Assembly (NCBI GenBank): GCA_001724265.1
Contig: MEDY01000021.1
Coordinates: 1 to 64,000 of the forward strand
DNA: 64,000 nt
Direction: 5' to 3'
Source of the DNA: Rhizaria sp. SCN 62-66
Taxonomy: Eukaryota
The notes under the pieces are model-generated. The model searched no databases. It was not told where the DNA came from and saw nothing but the letters and a program-made list of their open reading frames with translations. Shown one piece after another: positions 10,401-22,558 of the stretch. Within the stretch, counting starts at the first letter, position 1; the number at the start of each line of letters is the position of its first letter. Position numbers and translations under genes: made by a program.

Positions 10401-13400
10401 GAAAGCTGGTGTTGCTCAGAATGCTGCTGCGTTGACCCAGACTATGACCAAGGCTGATATGGCTGCGCTATTCGACCTCGCCGCTGCCGAGGCCTTTGTG
10501 TTTCCCAGTAGCGACGACAGCAGCAACAAGAGCAACGATGACAAGAGTGCTGGTGAGGTGCTCGTAAAGCCCAGCGGCTTAGGCATGGCAGCTGTTCTTA
10601 CAGTCGAAGCCGCCAACACAGATGGTTTGCTTGCTATTGGTGCACGCAGCATCAGTATTGCGAATGCAGCTGCGGCTCCGCTCAACCCACCTGCTCTAGC
10701 ACCGGGGGCTCCTACAGTTCCGTGCCATCCATTGCCAGCGACCGTGGGCGGCATCCTCGGCGGAGTCTGCATCGCTGACGCACCTCCTTTGCTCCCTCTT
10801 CCTATCTCTGCCGACGCTGCAACAGTTGATCACGTGAACACGCACAACCGCGCCGTCATTGCTGCATCTGTGCCGCGCGAGTTCGCTTCTTGCGTGGTTG
10901 CGACCGCGGCGCTGAACGCGTATAACGCAGCCGTTGAGCGCGCCCGCGTCTTGACGGCGCTGAGCTCTGGCGTTGTGTCGCCGTTACTTGCAGACGCTGC
11001 GAACCGCAACGCTGACGCAACGCGGGACCACTACAAGAAAATGGTCGCAATTACCAAGGCGCAAGCGAAGCTAGATAAGCGCCCGAAAAAGCACGAGCAC
11101 GACGTGCACGCAGAGAGTCCGTCTAAGATCTCTGCCGCTCCCGGTTACACCACGCCAAATGTTGGTGACAGTGTACCAGCGACTGTGAAGGCGGATACTC
11201 CGTACTACACGAACAACAACAAGTACATCACTGGTGTGCCCGGGACAGAGGAGCTCATCACATATGACGTGCTGCCCGCGGAAGTGCCAGGCGGGCCGCA
11301 GCGCGTTGTTCGGCGTCTCTCTTCAAACAGCCCAGCCGCGCGCGTGCAGCAGGCGCAGCCACATGCCACAAAGCTTGTGCATTTGATGACAACGCCCGTA
11401 CCGTCAGCTGTTGCAGGTTTGCATATGGCTGAGACTGCGACATCGGGTGCCGTTATGGACGCAGACGCGGGTGCTGCGCGCGTGCCAGGCATTCTTACAA
11501 CTCATGGCGTTGTGGCAACTAATCGGCGGAATCCTGCTATCATAGACAGCGCTGCTGCTTGTGATGCTGAAAATGCGCTTACACCATCCAAGGCGAACCA
11601 TAACAACGCTGTCAATACGATTGACGCTAACCCGCCCGGTACGCCTGACCCATCTTACCGCCATCGCATTAGTAGCGGCAGCACTGCCAGTACTAGGACA
11701 GCTACGATTGCCAACACTCGTGTGATCACCGATGCTGATGCAGCGGCCGATGCGCACGCAGCCGAGATGACCGCGGCTGCCGTTGCGCTTACGGCAAGCA
11801 ACAGCACGCCCGCGCGCACCACGAGCAAGATCAGTACTGCTGATGATGCTATGATTGTTGCCAACGAGACTGTGCACGCGAGTGAACATGGGGCGGCCAC
11901 GATGCGCGCGGGCTTTGATGAACATTCTCCTCAACCCAGCATCAGTGATGTCCCGACTGGCAACGTTGACGCCGGCGTCAATCGTGATCGTTACACACTG
12001 ACGAGCGGTGGCGACAACGAGTCTCTCTCGAGCAAGACCAGTACTGGCCCTCGGACAAGCCACGGTATGAAGACGAGTGGGACAGCGTCTGCCCTGGCAG
12101 CAGTCGAAGCAGGTCATGTCCACATTGAGCTGCTTTACGGCGAACATGTTGCAGATGGCCACACGGTGTTCGCCACGAGCGCACGCGGCGCTGCCATCAT
12201 TGCTGCTCCGGCATTGCGTGCCGGCAACAGCAACTCCAATGCTGTCACGGACTCAACGCCTAACTCAGCTGAAGACAGTGATATCCCCAAGTCTGCAGCG
12301 CACGTTGACTCGTTCAAGCAACCCGTTGACTCAACACCTGCTGATCGCATCGATTCCCTGTCCAAGTATCTGGAGCATTCTAAGAGCTCTCGTGGCTTCA
12401 TGAACATGCCATCCTCTGCCTCGTTTCCTGCTCCTACTAGCGTGCGCCCCAGTGCCACAGTCAGTGCCGCTGCAAGCGCTGCAGGATTTGCGCTTGCTGG
12501 CGACACTGCTATGGCGACAGGCGCCGGCGCTGCGGGTTTTGCGTCCGACAGTGACGCTGCTGCGGTGATGCGTGCGAATAGTGATGATTACGACCCTGCG
12601 AACACATACGCTGACGGCCCAGCTCGGGCAAACTCACTTCGCAGCGGCAATATTGGTGGTAGTCACAGCATGAGTTCTGGCGCCCCTTCTAGCGCATTGC
12701 TCGCTTACAGCCAACTTGCTCAACACGGCGTTGGCCTCAGTGACTTTGCAAGCCCTGCTAAGCCTGTCAACTCATCTTTGGTTGCTGGCTCCAGCTTAGG
12801 TCTCGGACACCCTCTTCCGAAGCCTTGGTCACCTGCTCGCACGAACAATGCAACTGTAACCGCAAGTGCGACACTTGACCCTGCCTTTGCAGGGCCACAG
12901 CCCTCAGCTTCACCACTGTCTCCACCAGCGTCGTTAGAGTCTTTGCACGGGACGCTCTCTGCACCCGCGTCCGCCGTACCGAATACTAACAGTGGCGACG
13001 GCAACGGGGCCGTGTCCAGCGCCAGCAACAGCACGAGCGCCGGTGCTGCTGGCTCATCGCCTGCTGTGGCTGTCGGTGCGACTGGGAGTGAACGTGATGG
13101 CCATGTAATCCATCACAAAATGCACACGAAGACAACCCACTCTGACCATATTTTCAGCGACCTGCGGAATCATAACAATAACGCCAGTCTTGCCAGTAAT
13201 CCAAGCAGCGCGAGCACGTTGAGCTCTCAGCGGGCACGCGCCGCCGCTGCGGCGGCTACAGCCGCTGCGATGGCAGCGCTGGAGGCCGAAAAACGTGCCG
13301 CTGCAGCAGAGGCTACTGCTTCAGCGAGGGCGAATGAGATCGCTGCGCTTAAGGACAAGTTGGGTACGTAATTTTATTCCAATCAAATGCAGTTTTTAGA

Positions 13401-16400
13401 ATTTTGATCTATACCAAGCTGTATTCTAAACCCTCAATCCTGACATTCACATCATCTCTCTTGTTTTTATTTCCTCCTACAGGTTCTGTCTACGCTGCAC
13501 TCGACGGTGAGCGTGCAACGGTCAAGAAACTGACTGTTACTCTTGCTGCTACCGAGCAGACGGCAGTTGCCGCTGCGGCAACTGCTGCCGCTGAGACCGC
13601 GGCCGCCGCTGCTGCAGCGCATGTTGAACTCGAACGTGCAAAGTCGACGAGTGAGAGTCAAGCGGACGTGATCAAGAGTCAAGCTGCGACCATCGAGACT
13701 CAGGCCGCGGAGCTGACTGCCACGCGCACCGCACTGGCGGCGCTTCAACAACAATACGACCAGCTGCTGCGCCAACACAAGCACGACAACCAGAAGCATC
13801 AAACGGAACTTCAAGATCAACATGGTCTGCTGCAGCAACAGAAAGCGCGTTTGCTCAATGAGCAGCAAGAGCGTGAACGTGACCGTCATGCTCGTGAGGC
13901 TCACGATGCCGAGGTTGCCGCTGCCGCTGCGCTTGCTGCCGCGTCAGCCGCGGGTGCGGGCGCTAGCACGCTGGACGCCGCCCTTGCCGATGTTGCTGCT
14001 GCCCGCGCGGCCGCGGCTACGGCTGGGGCCGAAGTTGCCGCAGCGCGCAGAGACGCACAGGCCGCGATCGAAGATGCACGCGTGGCGCAGAGTGACGCGG
14101 ATGCTGCCAAAGCTGAGGCCACATCTGCTCGGACTGAGCTGTCGGCGATGGAGGCGCGGCTCGCTGCTACACTTAAACGCGCCGCTGCTGCTGAGGCCGA
14201 TGCGGTGGAGGCGCGAGCGCATGTCGAGACCCTGAATGTCGCCGGGGAAGCTTCCCTTGCCGCTGCTGCTGGCGCCGCTGCTGCCTCAGAGCAGGCGTAC
14301 GATGCTTTGCAGCTGCGTTTTGCCGAAGTCGAACACGCACGTAATGAGATTACACTTCGTTTTGAGAGCCAATCGAGCCGGATTGCTGAGCTTGATGCCG
14401 CGCTCGCCGAGAGCGAGACGCTGCGTGTTGCCTTCACCCTTCGCCTTGACGAGCAGTCACGCCGTCTAACTGAGAGCGAGGCAGCACGTGTGGCTGCTGA
14501 GGCTGCGGCTGCTGAGGCCACGCAGCGGGCTGTGATGGCCGAGGCTGCGGCAGCTGCGGATGCGGCAACAGCGGCCGCAGAGGCTGCTGCCCAGGAGGAT
14601 GCTCTAACAGATTTAGAGGCGCGTGTTGTTGCAGCAGAGGCCAAGGTCACTGCTTCTAAAGACCGCGCTACCGTTGCTGAAACACGGTGTGTCACTGCAG
14701 CTGCACTTGCTGCACCCAGTGAGCGGGATAACAACTTGCCTACCATCGACATTAAGATCGGTGATCGTACTGTTAATGCGTCTGCGGAGGCCTCCGAGGC
14801 TGCGTCGAAGCAGATTGTAGCTGACTATCAGCAGCAGTTGTCAACCGCACACCAGCAGCTTGCACAGTCGCGGCAGGACTACGCACAGCTGCAACGGGAT
14901 GTCACGCAGTCACGCTCAGAACTTTTGGAGTCGCAACAGCAACTTGTTGCAAGCAAGCTCGATCTGGTTAACTGCCAACAACAGGTTAACGATAGAAGCG
15001 CGGAGATTATTCGGCTTCAAATTGAGCTCGACGAAGGCAACCACAAGCTAGCAGAGGCTGAACAACAGCTCACTCTTGCCGCCAACGGTATTGTGCACAG
15101 CGAGACCCAAAATGAAGCGCAACTTGCGGACGCTCAGGTTCATCTCGAAGAGATCACGTCTGAGCTTGCGACAACTCAACGCACGCTTGCAGTGAGTCAA
15201 GCGCAGTGTGTGGAAACAGTTTCCAAGCTCGCATCAAAAGAGCAGCAATGTGTGGAGTTGGAGAGCGAACTCGCCGAGTGCGAAGAAGAGCTTGATGCGA
15301 TTGCACGCGAACGCGACGAACACAAGGCACGCGCAGACGACTGCCAGCAGCAGCTTGCGCACGCGAGTGACGCTGTTGCACAGCTGCAGAACACGCTCGC
15401 GGACCGCGAGCAGCAGCTGGCCACATGTGCGCAACAACTCAGCACCCGTGAGCAGAACCTCCGCGAGTGCATGTCGATGTTTGCCACTGCGCGCACGCAC
15501 GCTAGCGATTCTGAGCGACGGCTGCTCGAAACTCAGCAGCAGGTGCGTGAACTGGATCAGCGCGCAACCGAGGCTGAGAAGCGTCTTCACGATTTCGAGC
15601 ACCGTGTTCAGGACTCGGAGCAACGCGCCGCGTTCTATGAGCAGCGCGCCACGGACGCTGAGCAGCGACGTGTTGCTGCCGTGACGCTCTCGTCAGAGCT
15701 TGCTGCGCAGATCGCAAAGGCAGATGAGAAGGTCGCCGTCGCCGAGCTTGAGAAATCACGCGTCGAAGGTATGCTTTCGCAGTCGCTGTCGCAACCAGAC
15801 TTGCAGTTACAGTCACAATCAGCCATGGCGCTCGCGCCGCAGTTGCACACAGACTCGCGCAAGTTGCCGGCGACTCACAACGACGTTGATCATGACCAGA
15901 AGCAGTTAGAGCTACAGCTGTCACAACCGCAGCTTAACGAAACCACGTCGTCACAACGCCTGATTACGAAAACAGCGCAGTACATGATGTCGTCACAGGC
16001 CGCACTGCTGAAATATAAGAAGGAGCGTGACAATGCGAAGAAGCAGACACGCACAGTTGAATCTCTAAACAACAGCGACTCTAATAACAGCACTCTCAAC
16101 AGCCCGCGTCAAAATTTCAGAGAGACATTGTCTGCCGCTAGCCCCAGCTTCAACGGTACTGGCGCCGACGCTGGCACAGGCGCTGCTGGCGTTGTCGGAC
16201 CGTATAGACTTTCAGGTGGGTCACAGCTGGTTCTCATTACAGCTCCTGTGTCTGGCGGCATCAGCATTGGCGCACCGCATCCACAGCAACAGCACCATCA
16301 AGTGCAGCAACATGAGCAGTCGTTACAGTTGCAGCACCGCGAGCATGTGCCACAGCTTCAAAATCACGGCATCGCGCTCTTACAGCAGCAGCATCAGGAA

Positions 16401-17279
16401 CCGAATCAACAACATCTCTTGCGCATGGCTTCGCCTATGCGTCCCTTCAACACCCACTCTGCAGGTTCAGTGATGACGACTCCACACCGTTTCAACCCAA
16501 TGTATAGCAACAGTCAGCTCGGTGCCAACACGGCCACTGCTACGAGCGCACGGAGCAGGGCGCGGCTTGAAGCAGAGGCTGCGGCAGCATCCACTGCAGC
16601 TGCTATAGCTCAAGCCGCGCTTGCGGATGTTGCGAATGAGGATGACTACGACGACGCCGATGCAGAGGCAGATCAAGGTGTAGGTCACTACTCTTACTCG
16701 AATAACGACAATGATGCCGACAACAACACTTACAACGCTAGCCACGTTCGTGATAACATCCAGCATCAATATCTGCACCACGCAACCATGAGTTCACACG
16801 CTTATGATCACAGTCAGCACCAGACGCAATACGGCGCCGCAGCACAAACTGGCTTATTGGGCCTGTCTCAGCCTCCCCACACAGCTCCGCGCTCGTCCGC
16901 ACATCGCCAGCCATATGCAAGTCCGATTGCGGCGAACAGCACTGGCTACTTCGGTGCCATCATGCAGTCGTCCCCATCCTTCTTGCCTCCCGCTACTCCT
17001 GCTCAAAATAGCAGTGGCGCGGGTGTGAGCAGCATCGCGGCAAGCCGGACTGCAGAACGCCGTCAGAGACGCGGTCAGTCTGCCATCTCTGCCGCGGTCG
17101 CGCGGCGCAACAACGCGAGTGCAAGTGGAGGCGCCAACACAAGCGTTGCGGATAATAACCCGAGCAGTGGTGGTGGCAGCAACTTTGGTAGCAACGGGAG
17201 TGGTGGCATCAACAAAGGGAGTGCGATTGCAACCTTAAAAGCCGTCACACGTTCTACTCGGGACATCCACGACTACTAA
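4477..17279 (+). CDS. Giant (~4,183 aa if TAG is read) low-complexity protein with long C-terminal coiled coil; exons 4477-4572, 4705-13363, 13483-17279; two in-frame TAGs (5194-5196, 6277-6279)
   Basis: Exon 1 MSRPISPTDFNGAGPTLDDIYGVTKFTSNAFF ends at a GTACGT donor. Acceptor ...ctttag at 4704 keeps phase. One frame then links track ORFs 5392..6279 and 6373..13371 across two TAGs. Second intron GTACGT...ctacag (13364-13482) joins ORF 13404..17279 (Q/E/A/L heptad-rich), ending in TAA. Confidence 0.75.
6910..6951 (+). repeat. 15-nt coding tandem repeat (CCGCACGACGGCACG, ~2.8 copies; PHDGT)
   Basis: Directly visible; translates PHDGTPHDGTPHDG. Confidence 0.9.
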
Positions 17280-17647
17280 AGCTCTTGTCACACATGCACA
17301 CTCGTGACTTCAGTTCCTTTTAAAATCTACACATTCGTGCTCTTTTTAATCATATGCGACGCATTCTAATTATACGTTGAAAGGTACGAGTGTCCCCTTT
17401 ATTTCATAGTCATTTCTTTGTGATGTTACACAATGCGATTGTTAGCGAATTTTCCCTGATTACAACATACAACCAGTTTTTCAAATCTCCGTACGTACAG
17501 ATTTCTTTTAAACCCAATGTGGTGAAACAAACTGGCATGTACACGAAATTGCTATTGTATGTTTACACGGATCAAAGAATAAATAATCAAGTTATTCACT
17601 GCCGAGCAAGTCATCTATTAAATACCAAAGGAGGTGTGCTTGGTTTA

Positions 17648-20600
17648 TCAAATATCTTTGTCACCTTGTGCGATTGCAGTCGCAACGTCCCATTCACCAG
17701 TCTCACGCGCCTCTGTCTCTGCAGACGCCATAATGCGCAGCAACAGCTCACAGTCAACACCTGCTTCAACCCCAGCCACTTGTTCTGCATCCGCGTCAGC
17801 AGCGTCAGTCGACTTGGCTTCTGGTGCTTTCGCTTCTGCAGCCTTGTTTGACCGCGTAGCTTCGCGACAGACGCTCCCTTCGCCGACAGAGCGTTTTAAG
17901 TGCGTGTTGGACTTGGAATCACCGTCGGCGTCGGAGTCACATTCGGGGGTGAGAGGCCGTTCGCGGATCTCAACCTCCATGTATTCGTCTCTGCACGAAA
18001 CGGCAAACAATAGACACAAGTTGATGAGCGTAAGATAGGATTAGAATTCGCCCAAAATTAGCATGAAATTAAATTAATGGTATTACAAATATAGAATTGA
18101 CAGGCACTACACATTGAATTGTGCTTGATTGCGTACTCGTATCGGAACACCGGCGTTCCCTGCTGTTGCCCGCTCACATCATTCTGGCCGCCGCTATCAG
18201 CGGATTCATCAGAACTGTTCTGCTTTAGCGCCGCAGCCGCAGCGCGCGCTTCGGCAGCAGCAGCGTGGTCGCGTTCACGCTGTTCCGTAAACGCAGTGCG
18301 GGCACGCGCGCGCTCGGCATCAGCTGCGGCGTCAATAGTTGCGGACTGCTTCATGACCTGCATCAGAGCAAACAATGTCATACAATACACACAGTGATCA
18401 GACAATTAGCTCACATTCGAGATTAAACATACAATAAAAGGCAATTTCGCCAATGACTAACACATTAGGAAATATCGTTACATATGCATATGTAGCTGTT
18501 CTTGATGACACGTGTGTCCAGCGCAAACGTACCGTATCTGCGACCCACTTGTTCCACGCAGCCTCGTCCCTCTCCTTGAGTCCCATCGCACTCTCACTGC
18601 TCCCACCGCGGGCAGCGCGCGCCTTGGCAGCCGCATCCTCGGTCTCGCGCACGCGCGCGCGCTGCGCCGCAGTCGCTTCCGCGCCGGTCTTCACAACCGC
18701 TGAAGTGGTCGCGACAAGCGAAGCCCACGCTGACACGGCGGCGGATGACTGACCGTAACCAGCGTTGTTCTGGTGCCGCTGCGCAGCTGCAGCAGTGGTG
18801 CGAACAAACGCGTCCAACGCACCAGTGACAATAGCGGCTGCACAGGCCCACGCTGCAGGCAGCGCATGCGCGGGACGCGAGCTCTCGTGGGGCGACTTGA
18901 TTTTCGCGGCGTCGTAATCATCGTCGTCTTCGCTGCAGTCGTTGTCGCCCTCAGCGTAGATCGAGCTGAGCTTGTTGCTGTTGCTGTTGCCACTGCGGTT
19001 CTTCGGGGATTTTGCGTACGTTGTTGCAGTAACAACAAGCGAAGCCGGGACTGCGAGACCGTCAGCAGGAGCCGCAAACACAACGCCGAGCTTCGTAGCG
19101 AGCGCATTCGTAGACTTGTCATAATCGCGAGTGCTAATTGCGCTGGCATTACTGTTCGCATGAGTTTCAGGTGTCGCTGTGGCTGCTGTGATCGCGGCGG
19201 AGACGCCAATTGTGAATGCAGTGCGCTTCATGTTTTCATGCACACACCGGCGCTTACGCACAGCCACCGCCACCGCCGCAGTTGCTGCCACAGCCTTACC
19301 GGTTCCCGTCCCTGACGTTGCACAGCTTGTAGTCTTAGTTTGGGCTGACGTCGTGTTGGTGTGCGCGAAATTGAATGCGAGCAGCGAAGGAGAAAGTGCG
19401 ACCTGACTGCTGTACAAAGCACGCGCCCAGTTGAGCATGGCCAACACGCTGACGCGCGCGCGCGTCGCATTGTTAGGCTTTAAAGAAGTGCTCACTTGTG
19501 ACGGACTAGCGGGAGGATACTTGGATAGAGTGCGGTACATATGTAGCTTCACTTCATCAGGTAGCCAGCACAGCAACGCAGGCCTAGTGATATCAGAATT
19601 GTGATACTTGCTCTGAAAAACACGAGGATAGCTGTGAGAAAAGTCGGAAGCAGGCCGGCGTGCACCGACAGGCCGTTGCGGCAGAGACGCGACAAATGTG
19701 AAGAACACCAACTCAGCACGGGCCTTGAAAGGCAACGGATTACTAATGGCTGCAAGCGCGGCAGTAACCCTGTCGCAAGCGGTATCGATCAAGCTCGTTG
19801 TAACCACTGCGTCGGTGACACCAGCAGCCCCTGCAGTAGCCGGAGACTGCGGTAAAGTGACTGCGCGCAAGCATGCTGCGACTGTGGCCGCAGTTGGCGG
19901 CAAGCCGTGCAAAGCCTGCAGCAGCAAGTACGCCGCAAACGGCGACGCCGCAGGAACGCGTGCGCCGGCGTGAACGCCATCAGATCCAGTCTCGGTACTG
20001 GAAGACGGTGACTGCGTGGGGAAAACATATCCGCCAGACCACGGTCCCGGGCTCACATTCTTGCTGGAAGAGCTGTTAAACACTGTACTCTCAGGTGAAG
20101 CGGTGGTATTTGTAGTAGTCGCTGTGCGCGTTAATGCTGCCGCAAGTGCAGAAACAAACGGCGTGAAGTGCCTCAGAGCGCCAACAGTCAGCGCTGCGGC
20201 CGCGTCAGTTGCAGTCGCCATTGCAGTGCGCGCGCACTCTGCCGCGTGCGCTGCGCAATGACGCAATGCCACCGACGGCACAAGCGACTGTGTCGATGAG
20301 TGCGTCTGTGAGCCGGGCAGGGAAAGCGCAGGCGCGTCACAGCAGAGACGGACGCACGCGCGTTGCAACAACCACGCCCAGCGGACATTGAGCGGATCAC
20401 ATGCGTCTGTGTCGACATCGCGGTTAACTGTGGGTGCGGCAAGCACACAGTTAAGCCGCCACCTGTGTCCCCTGGCCGCTGCGTCGGCAACCACATACGA
20501 GAACAGTGCATTAAGCAGTGCAGCGCGCGCTGCTTCAAGACTAGAGTTATACAGGAAACGTTCTAAGACAGCAGTGTCGCACAGCCAAGCAGCGATGACC

Positions 20601-22075
20601 GCGACGACCCTCACCGCCGCGGCACGAGAGTCTGCGGTCGTGGTATTATCGCTGTTGCTATTATTGATTACGGCAACAGCAGCCTTTGCGAGCGACCGCA
20701 GCGCGAGCTTAAACGCGTCGACGGAGGCTGCCAGAGTCAGCACGGCCGGGCCCGCCTCTACCGCAGCAGCCGCGGGTGCCATCAGTGATCCACCATTCGC
20801 AGTATGACAAGTAGTGCTCGCAGCAGGAGCAGCGTTGTTCGCGGCCGCGGTGAAAGCAGCCGCAGCTGATTTAGAGTTTGTAAGTGTTGAACTCAGTGCA
20901 ATGTGCTGCGCGATCGCGCTCTGCTGTTCCTGCTGTGACAAACCGCGGCAAAGATACTCACAATGCTCCTTCTCCTGCAGCTGATGCTGCTGCCGTTTCT
21001 GTTGCGACACATTCGCGCTACCGGGGACACTTACATTGCTCGAGGTACTTAGCCTCTCAGGTGTAAGTGCCGCGTAGTGTGTCAGCGGAGTCACTGCAGC
21101 CGCGCCGGCAGCGGCGGGTCCGGGCCCCAGGGACGCTGGCGCCAGCTGCGCCGGCGTGACCGTGAGCAGATGCGGCTGCGCCAGTGCGGTCGCGACTGCG
21201 GCAGCTGCGGCAGCAGCGTCTGCGGAAGCCGCGGAAGAAGCCGGAGCTGAAGATGTTAAGAAGGAGTATAGCTGAGCCGGAACTCCGTTAATACTTCTGT
21301 CGGGGTCGGCGCTATTGTCGGTCACACTCGGTATGTTGCTGTAGCTGGAGCTCATGCTGTTCGTGTTAGAGTTGAGCGAGGGACCGTAGAAGGAGACGTT
21401 AGAGCCGCTCTCTGCAGCGTAAGCGTCATGAAGCTGTTTCGGGTACGTCTCCGTAACCGCGCAGAGCAGGGCAACAAGGTCAAAGCTAAGCGACGACAGC
21501 AGCTCTGAGAAGTCGTGCTGCAACAGGGCAGCGCTCTGCGTGTTGTTGTCGATGGTGTCGATGGTGTCGACGTTTTGGTGAGCGCTGGCTAGGAGCGGAT
21601 GCAAGTAGGGCGCAACCAAGCCCAGCGCAGCTGCAACACGCGCAGTGCTTGCATCAGCAGCGTCCAAATCACTGCTAGAGGCGGATGCAGTGAGAGTTAG
21701 CGAGGCAAGTGCAGAGCAGAGAGCGGGCGCGGTGGCGGCGAGCGAAGGGGCGAGGCACGAAGACGCGGCGCGCTCCGCTTTCAGCACAGTATTGAGCCCG
21801 GCGCGGGCACGATCAAGCATCTCTGGTGTAAAACGCAAAGACTCAAGGCCGGGGCGAGCTGCAGTAGGAGTGACAGAGCTTTCGGGAGTCGGCTGGGACA
21901 GGTTGTCAGCGGTCGAAGAAGATGTCGACGACAGGACCTCCGAGGTCGAGGCCTCGCCGTCGGAGGAGACACAGATAGCGTTTGAAGAGATATCAAGCTT
22001 TGCAAACAATTTGTCAGCTCGATTAAATGTAGAAACGTGGAGCTTCTGCTTTAGAGCAGAGATGTCGCTCTCCAT
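17648..22075 (-). CDS. Hypothetical Ala/Ser/Thr-rich protein; exons 22075-18533, 18357-18137, 17990-17648
   Basis: ORF from MESDISALKQ. Donors GTACGT (18532) and GTACGC (18136) with CAG acceptors join three track ORFs in phase; TGA stop. No confident family; weak F-box-like LLCWLPDEVKLHMYRTL. Confidence 0.75.
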
Positions 22076-22558
22076 CGCGGCTGTCGGAGAGAAGAAGGTC
22101 GAGTCAGAAGAGACCAATTAAGTCGTGAGATCAACCAGTAGATATTAAGATAGATCAGACACATACGGGGATATAATTTGAAGAACAAACGCATTTCCTC
22201 TGGTTAAATTGGGAAATACCATAGGAATACTATACACACGATTAAGTAATCCATTACTACTCAAATTTAATATTGGTTCGAGAGCTTGTTGGAGTGGCCA
22301 ACTGCTCGAACGCAGCCACAACAGCGCCATGAAACCATGGTAAGGTAAGCTTAACGACAATTCACAAAGATACTATCACCAGAAAAGTTGAGAGTAACAA
22401 GTACTATTTTATTAAACTTATATTAATTCATACATACAGAATGGCCCCGACGTGAGCCAACCACAAAGTACACAGCTCGCAATAAAACATGCCCCGCAAA
22501 AGTGCACGCAGCTGCAACACAGCGCAGCACTGCCTGTATAGCCCCCTATTTCCCGCGC

